From: Rothia sp. (in: high G+C Gram-positive bacteria)
Lineage (GTDB): Bacteria; Actinomycetota; Actinomycetes; Actinomycetales; Micrococcaceae
NCBI RefSeq assembly: GCF_030529845.1
Contig: NZ_JAUMWB010000002.1
Direction: 5' to 3' (one strand)
Length of the DNA: 64,000 nucleotides
Numbering within the stretch: position 1 is the first letter of the stretch; each line of letters starts with the position of its first letter. Below, piece by piece: positions 58,826-64,000 of this stretch. The notes under the pieces are model-generated. The model did not search any database and had not been told where the DNA came from. It saw only the letters and a program-made list of their open reading frames with translations. The translations under genes were made by a program, and so were the position numbers.

Positions 58826-59094
58826 TGAACACTCCTTGGAAACTTACTATTACCCAAAAGATTACGCGCGTTTCTCAGCCTGCGGGGCGCTGTTCGCCAC
58901 GGAATGAATGGTGTTCGCAGGGAGGGAAAGCTCCCGTGCCTTATACCGGCAAGGGAGCTGGTATTCAGTCAGCTGCGCGACTCCAAGGTTGCCTACCTTT
59001 TTGTGTAGATGCCCCTCTATATTTACTCGGTCAGATGCGCCTGGGGTTTATCCAGCATTTTCCATGCCTGTGCTTTATAGGCCGCTTATAAATA

Positions 59095-59129
59095 ATGAGG
59101 CGGAACCCGCTGACCGGGTTCCGCCTCAT
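59095..59129 (-). terminator. rho-independent terminator downstream of lsr2
   Basis: Stem atgaggcggaaccc / gggttccgcctcat, followed on the minus strand by a T-rich tract. Confidence 0.6.
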
Positions 59130-59149
59130 AGAGACAAGAAGAAGATTAT

Positions 59150-59503
59150 TTACTTGCTTTCTTTGCCCATAGCCTTGTAGTAGGCATCCTGAATGTTCTG
59201 GTGGATACGACCGCGGCTTGAAACCTCGTAGCCATTTTCCTGGGCCCACTTACGGATTTCGGCGATTTCAGGGTTGCGCTTAGTAGTGGTGCGTGAACCT
59301 GCGGGGCGGCCGGGGGTGCGCTGGGCCCCCTGCACGCGGCGAGCCTTAGCAGCAAAAGGACGGATGGCGTCGCGCAGACGGGCAGCGTTGGCGCTCGAAA
59401 GATCAATTTCGAACTGGCCACCGTCGAGACCGAAGCGTACGGTCTCTTCTGCGGGGCCGCCGTCGAGGTCGTCTTCAAGAATAATCTTGACCTTCTGAGC
59501 CAT
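59150..59503 (-). CDS. lsr2: nucleoid-associated protein Lsr2
   Basis: 117 aa. The N-terminal dimerisation segment (KVKIILEDDLDG...TVRFGLDG) and the C-terminal AT-hook-like DNA-binding domain (IRKWAQENGYEVSSRGRI) are characteristic. Confidence 0.9.
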   Translation of the reverse strand: MAQKVKIILEDDLDGGPAEETVRFGLDGGQFEIDLSSANAARLRDAIRPFAAKARRVQGAQRTPGRPAGSRTTTKRNPEIAEIRKWAQENGYEVSSRGRIHQNIQDAYYKAMGKESK

Positions 59504-59708
59504 TATTTTCTCCTTAGATGAATCTGATGAGGGAATATAAACTCAACCGCGTTTTTGGGTAGGGAAGCACATATAAGAGGATATTCCGCCTCTACCCTTT
59601 TCTGTGGGGCACGCAATCGAGCTAGTCACCCTTGATGACTAAAATAAATAGTACATATTCTTTTCTCAAAAAGGAAATAAAGTCACGCTTCAGAGAACAA
59701 AAAGACTT

Positions 59709-59906
59709 TTATTTAGTTTCTGATGTTCCAAAAGGATCCCGTGTTCCTTCTGCGTTTTTTACAGAGCGGTACCAGGCTTCGGCGTCCTTTTCGATATCCC
59801 GGCGGGCAGCACGCTCGGTGCGGTCAGCACGATTCATCCAGCGCAAAATAAAATAAAGCACCAGGCCCGCGCCTATGGAGGGAACCAGGCCAATCAGGAA
59901 TTCCAT
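59709..59906 (-). CDS. small hypothetical membrane protein (1 TM)
   Basis: ATG 59906 gives MEFLIGLVPSIGAGLVLYFILRWM followed by a charged tail. No family recognised. Confidence 0.4.
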   Translation of the reverse strand: MEFLIGLVPSIGAGLVLYFILRWMNRADRTERAARRDIEKDAEAWYRSVKNAEGTRDPFGTSETK

Positions 59907-60024
59907 CTCTTCTCTACCTTTCTCGGGTTTACACTTCCTCCAATCTACCCCAGGCAACTGGCAAACAGGACATGAAAAGCCCGCCTGGCAGGCTGCTAGG
60001 CGGGCACAAGAGCGTTAGGACGCT

Positions 60025-61545
60025 TTACTCGGCTTCGGGCTTCATCAGCGGGAAGAGAATGGTCTCGCGGATACCTACACCGGTGAAGAGCATAATCAGG
60101 CGGTCAATACCCAGGCCCAGGCCGCCCATGGGGGGCGCACCGTATTCAAGGGCTCGCAGGAAGTCGTCGTCGAGCTGCATGGCTTCGTCATCGCCACCGG
60201 CAGCCAGCTTGGACTGCTCTGTGAGACGCTCACGCTGAATCACGGGGTCAATGAGCTCAGAGAAGGCGGTGCCTCGCTCCATACCGCCGATAATCAGGTC
60301 CCAGGCCTCAATCAGGTTGCCCTCGGAGCGGTGCTGGCGGGCCAGCGGCTGGGCTGAGGGCGGGTAGTCGTAGACGAAGGTGGGGTTAATCAGGGTGGGC
60401 TCCACGATTTCACCGAAGAGCTCAACGACTAGCTTCTCGGCGTCCCACTTGGGATCAACGGGAACCTCGTGCTTCTCGGCGATAGCGCGCAGTTCTTCTG
60501 CGGTGGTGGCGGGGGTGACCTCAATACCTACAGCTTCAGAGAGACCGGGGTAGACACCCAGCCACTTCCACTCGCCGGTGAGGTCGATGGTACCTGCTTC
60601 GGTTTCAATCTGGTGTACGCCTACGGCGTCAGCGCAGGCCATGATGATTTCCTGCATACGCTTGGCCATGACGAACTGGTCGGCATAAGCTTCGTAGCAT
60701 TCCAGGGTGGTGAATTCGGGGCTGTGGGTGGAGTCTACGCCCTCGTTGCGGAAGACGCGGCCGATTTCGTAGACGCGTTCCAGGCCACCGACCTCGGCAC
60801 GCTTGAGGAAGAGCTCGGTAGCGATGCGCAGGGTCATGGGCTGGTCGAAAGCGTTCAGGTGGGTTTCGAAGGGGCGGGCTGCTGCGCCACCGTGGATGAG
60901 CTGCAGGATGGGGGTCTCCAGCTCAATATAGCCGTGGTCGTTCAGGACGTTACGCACGGTCTGGGTAATCTTGGCGCGCTTGATCACCAGGTCGCGGGCT
61001 TCATCGCGCACCATCAAATCGAGGTAGCGCTGGCGCACCCGGGTCTCTTCGTTAAGGTCAGAGTGCAGGTTGGGCATGGGGCGCAGGGCCTTGGACGCCA
61101 TCTGCCATTCTTCGGCCATGATGGAGAGCTCGCCGCGGCGGGAAGAAATAACCTCGCCCTTGACGAAGACGTGGTCGCCCAGGTCAACTAGGGCCTTCCA
61201 ATCGGCCAGGGATTCTTCACCTACGCTGGCCAGGGAAATCATGGCCTGGATACGGGTGCCGTTGCCCTGCTGGAGAGAGGCGAAGCAGAGCTTGCCGGTG
61301 TTGCGGACGAAAACCACGCGTCCGGCGACACCCACGATGTCACCGGTGGTCTGGTCCGCTTCGAGCGTACCGTCGTACTTTTCACGAATTTCGGTGATGG
61401 TGTGGGTGACGGGGACGCCCACGGGGTAGGCTTCGCGCCCGGATTCAAGCAGCTTGGCGCGCTTTTCGAGGCGGATCTGCATCTGCTCTGAGACGCCGTG
61501 GTCGAAGCCGGTGGTTTCTGCGGGGGTGTTGCCCTGTTCAGTCAA
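60025..61545 (-). CDS. lysS: lysine--tRNA ligase (class II)
   Basis: OB-fold anticodon-binding domain and class II motifs (YEIGRVFRNEG; GGLGLGIDRLIM). The start is uncertain: I chose TTG 61545 (MTEQGNTP...) because the ATG at 61620 would overlap the end of panC by 41 nt. Confidence 0.88.
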   Translation of the reverse strand: MTEQGNTPAETTGFDHGVSEQMQIRLEKRAKLLESGREAYPVGVPVTHTITEIREKYDGTLEADQTTGDIVGVAGRVVFVRNTGKLCFASLQQGNGTRIQAMISLASVGEESLADWKALVDLGDHVFVKGEVISSRRGELSIMAEEWQMASKALRPMPNLHSDLNEETRVRQRYLDLMVRDEARDLVIKRAKITQTVRNVLNDHGYIELETPILQLIHGGAAARPFETHLNAFDQPMTLRIATELFLKRAEVGGLERVYEIGRVFRNEGVDSTHSPEFTTLECYEAYADQFVMAKRMQEIIMACADAVGVHQIETEAGTIDLTGEWKWLGVYPGLSEAVGIEVTPATTAEELRAIAEKHEVPVDPKWDAEKLVVELFGEIVEPTLINPTFVYDYPPSAQPLARQHRSEGNLIEAWDLIIGGMERGTAFSELIDPVIQRERLTEQSKLAAGGDDEAMQLDDDFLRALEYGAPPMGGLGLGIDRLIMLFTGVGIRETILFPLMKPEAE

Positions 61546-61579
61546 TGATGTACCTGTTCTTAGGTTGGGTGTAGAGGTC

Positions 61580-62494
61580 TTAGTTAATTTCCATGTTATC
61601 GATGAGGCGGGTGGAGCCAACGTAGGCTGCCACGAGCGCTAGCACACGTGCCTGTTCACTCTGGGGGGCCTCGAAGGTGTCGGTATCGACCACTTCCAGG
61701 TAGTCCAGGCGCACGCCGTCGGTGCTGTCGATGGTGGCGCGGGCCTGGGCGATATCCTCAGCGGTGAAGCTACCGGTGATGTACTTTTCGCGCAGGGTGG
61801 CCAGGGTTCGGGACAGAACCAGGGCTGCTTCGCGTTCTTCAGCGCTCAGGTACTGGTTGCGTGATGAGAGGGCAAGGCCGTCGTCCGCGCGCACCACGGG
61901 CACCGGTTTGATGGTCACCTGGTGGTTGAAGTCCTTGACCATGCGCTGAATGAGGGCCAGCTGCTGGGCGTCCTTCTGCCCGAAGTAGGCGTTGAGAGTA
62001 GCCTCCCCGACCAGGGGCTTGAGGATGTTGAAGAACTTATTGACTACGGTCAGAACCCCGTCAAAGTGGCCGGGGCGGGTCTTGCCCTCAAAGAGGGTGC
62101 CCAGTTTGCCGGAGACCACGGTGATTTTGGGGTCGCCGCCGGGGTACATGTCTTCAACGGTGGGGGCGAAAATGACATCGACGCCAGCTTCAGCTGCCAA
62201 GGCGGCATCGGCTTCGAGGGTGCGAGGGTAGCGGTCGTAGTCTTCGTTGGGCCCAAACTGGAGGGGGTTGACGAAGATAGAGAGCACCACAACATCGTTT
62301 TGTTCGCGGGCGCGGCGAATGAGGGTGGCGTGCCCGTCGTGCAGGGCACCCATGGTGGCTACGTAGCCTACACTCAGGTGCTTATCTGCGGTATTTTCGT
62401 TGACCTCTTTGCGGCGGCTGGCGGTGGTGAGGGCCAGGAGCATCTCGTTGCCGAGGTCGGTGATGGAGTGTGCGATGGGGGTTTGACTCGTCAC
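61580..62494 (-). CDS. panC: pantoate--beta-alanine ligase
   Basis: MGALHDGH (HIGH-type) motif and overall PanC layout. GTG start. Confidence 0.92.
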   Translation of the reverse strand: MTSQTPIAHSITDLGNEMLLALTTASRRKEVNENTADKHLSVGYVATMGALHDGHATLIRRAREQNDVVVLSIFVNPLQFGPNEDYDRYPRTLEADAALAAEAGVDVIFAPTVEDMYPGGDPKITVVSGKLGTLFEGKTRPGHFDGVLTVVNKFFNILKPLVGEATLNAYFGQKDAQQLALIQRMVKDFNHQVTIKPVPVVRADDGLALSSRNQYLSAEEREAALVLSRTLATLREKYITGSFTAEDIAQARATIDSTDGVRLDYLEVVDTDTFEAPQSEQARVLALVAAYVGSTRLIDNMEIN

Positions 62495-62533
62495 GGTGGT
62501 GAGGGGTCCTTTCGTGTTTTGCGCCCTCCTAGT

Positions 62534-63436
62534 TTACCCGGCGAGCGCTTTAAGCACAGCCTGGTAGCTCTCATCGGTGAGGGCGCCGCGGCTGTGGGCG
62601 CGTTCGGCAGTGGCGCGGGCGAGGGCAAGGTAGGCGGCCTTGATGTCGTCGGCGTTTTCTTCGAGTGCGTAGCTGGCTAGGGTTTGGGCGTGGGCGGCAA
62701 CGGTGTGGGCGTCTCCTCGGGCGACGGGGCCGGTGAGGGCGCTATCACCGTTGGCGAGGGCGTTGTCGAGGGATGCTCTGAGCAGGGGTTCGATGTAGCG
62801 GGCTGGGTTTTCGATACCGATGGAGGCCAGGATTTGGAGGGCCTGGCCGGTGATGGTGACCAGGTGGTTGGAGCCGTGGGCAAGGGCGGCATGGTAGAGG
62901 GGGCGGTCGCCTTCGGCTATCAGGACGGGCTCTCCCCCCATCTCAACGACCAGGGCCTGAGCGATGGGGATGAAGGGGGCTGGGCCGGTGACGCCGAAGC
63001 TGGTGTTGGCTAGGCGGGGCAGGTCAAGGGAGAGGCCGGTGAAGGTCATGGCCGGGTGTATGGCTAGGCCGATAGCTCCCTGGGAGGTGGCGGGAGCAAG
63101 GACGGAGGTGCCGTGCCGCCCTGAGGTATGGATGAGGATTTGCCCGGGGCGCCAGCCGTCGGTTTCGGCTATACCTTTAACTAGATCAGGCAGGGCATCA
63201 TCGGGTACGGCAAGGAGCACCACTTCACTGGTGGTAATGATCTCTGGGATGCTGGAGACGGGGACGCCGGGGAGCAGGGCCTCAGCCCGGGTACGGGAGG
63301 CTTCTGAGACAGCATGGACGCCGGTAATCAGGTGCCCAGCGGCACGGAGGGCTGTGCCGAGCACGGCCCCCACCTTGCCTGCTGAGATTACGCCGATGCC
63401 CAGGCGGGCGGGCTTAAGATGGTTGCTGGTTTGCAC
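62534..63436 (-). CDS. Rossmann-fold oxidoreductase-like protein (DUF2520-type, commonly upstream of panC)
   Basis: N-terminal GIGVISAGKVG dinucleotide-binding motif. The position upstream of panC matches other actinobacteria. Confidence 0.65.
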   Translation of the reverse strand: MQTSNHLKPARLGIGVISAGKVGAVLGTALRAAGHLITGVHAVSEASRTRAEALLPGVPVSSIPEIITTSEVVLLAVPDDALPDLVKGIAETDGWRPGQILIHTSGRHGTSVLAPATSQGAIGLAIHPAMTFTGLSLDLPRLANTSFGVTGPAPFIPIAQALVVEMGGEPVLIAEGDRPLYHAALAHGSNHLVTITGQALQILASIGIENPARYIEPLLRASLDNALANGDSALTGPVARGDAHTVAAHAQTLASYALEENADDIKAAYLALARATAERAHSRGALTDESYQAVLKALAG

Positions 63437-63488
63437 GGGGCACCTTTCTGTCTGCGTCCTGCCTGCTTAGTTTACCGGGGTCAGTCCC

Positions 63489-63986
63489 TTACCGGGTACG
63501 GCCTTTACTGTAGTGCTGCCCGAGACGCCACAGGCAGAAGGCTAGGGGAATAAGTAGCCCTTGAGTAGTGCCACTAAAAACGGCCAGCGCAACCACCCCA
63601 ATCTGAAAAGCAACGGTACTCGCAGCTACCAGAGGCTGAACCGGAACCACTAATCCCGACGGCAGGGCAACGACAAGGCTGTAGTCGTATTCCTGTAGAG
63701 GGTCAGTCTCTCCTAGCGCCACGGCAATCCCGAAAAAGAGAGCAGTGCCCGTAATAATGCCCGGTAGCTGAAAGATGATGGTCATTGCCACGGCATAGAT
63801 TACCGTAGCAACGCCAGCGCCCACGATAAACCCCAACAAGGTTGAAAAATAAGGAGCTGTAAGCCACTGCCGAAGAGGCAGCTGGGCTGACCATTCCCGA
63901 GGTAGCCAACGGTAGAAGAAGGCAATCAACCAGACACCTACAATCGTTATGATACCGATGCCAGACGCTCCGAACCCGACCCCCAC
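63489..63986 (-). CDS. hypothetical polytopic membrane protein (possibly incomplete at window edge)
   Basis: 165-aa hydrophobic ORF with about 5 TM helices. The real start could lie beyond base 64000. Confidence 0.5.
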   Translation of the reverse strand: MGVGFGASGIGIITIVGVWLIAFFYRWLPREWSAQLPLRQWLTAPYFSTLLGFIVGAGVATVIYAVAMTIIFQLPGIITGTALFFGIAVALGETDPLQEYDYSLVVALPSGLVVPVQPLVAASTVAFQIGVVALAVFSGTTQGLLIPLAFCLWRLGQHYSKGRTR

Positions 63987-64000
63987 AAAGATCCCCAGGG

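Noticed and set aside
57941-58828. 295-aa plus-strand ORF, and several other 60-140-aa ORFs, antisense to clpC
   Set aside because: It lies entirely inside the well-supported clpC gene. Its composition is Gly/Val/Ala/His-rich, typical of shadow frames in high-GC DNA. It has no start context or motifs.
58928-58965. Imperfect hairpin agctcccgtgcc/ggcaagggagct in the clpC leader, and a possible ClgR-type operator
   Set aside because: I could not identify a palindromic ClgR-like consensus. The hairpin alone is not sufficient evidence for a regulatory element.
60469-62680. Long plus-strand ORFs (240 aa at 60469..61191; 252 aa at 61922..62680) antisense to lysS, panC and the DUF2520 gene
   Set aside because: These are shadow ORFs opposite strongly supported genes. 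Their composition is biased (G/V/A/D-rich) and no motifs are recognisable.

Overview
This is a high-GC actinobacterial chromosome segment. The gene order radA-disA, mutY and clpC-lsr2-lysS-panC is typical of Actinomycetota. Composition and gene content look Micrococcales/Rothia-like, but I cannot verify the taxon from here. Most of the window is core housekeeping. It includes nagA, an acyl-CoA ligase, a NarL-type two-component locus, a 2-oxoacid dehydrogenase E1a/E1b/E2 operon, a HisC-family aminotransferase and five tRNAs (Thr, 3x Ser, Lys). It also includes upp, tadA, a RecQ-family helicase, a rhodanese sulfurtransferase, pit plus pstSCAB phosphate uptake with PHO-box-like repeats, radA, disA, mutY, clpC, lsr2, lysS and panC. 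The main accessory feature is a visibly AT-richer block at about 30.3-37.7 kb, integrated at tRNA-Lys(UUU). It is delimited by three copies of the tRNA 3' half, so it reads as two tandem islands, and no integrase is left. Island A carries an Abi_2-like gene overlapping a SAM methyltransferase. Island B carries several small multi-TM ORFs, a secreted Cys-containing protein, a sortase-like gene plus a decayed second copy, and a decayed IS3-family element with intact inverted repeats. Other notable items are listed here. (1) A tandemly duplicated, translationally coupled two-gene cassette of unknown function at 53.5-55.2 kb. (2) A response regulator followed by a histidine kinase and a truncated kinase-like paralog. 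(3) A deletion scar fusing an ABC-ATPase fragment to a frameshifted response regulator. (4) A frameshifted GNAT gene. (5) An ORF-free 0.5 kb gap between convergent operons. No CRISPR array and no rRNA were seen. All functional calls come from motif recognition by eye; no searches were run.
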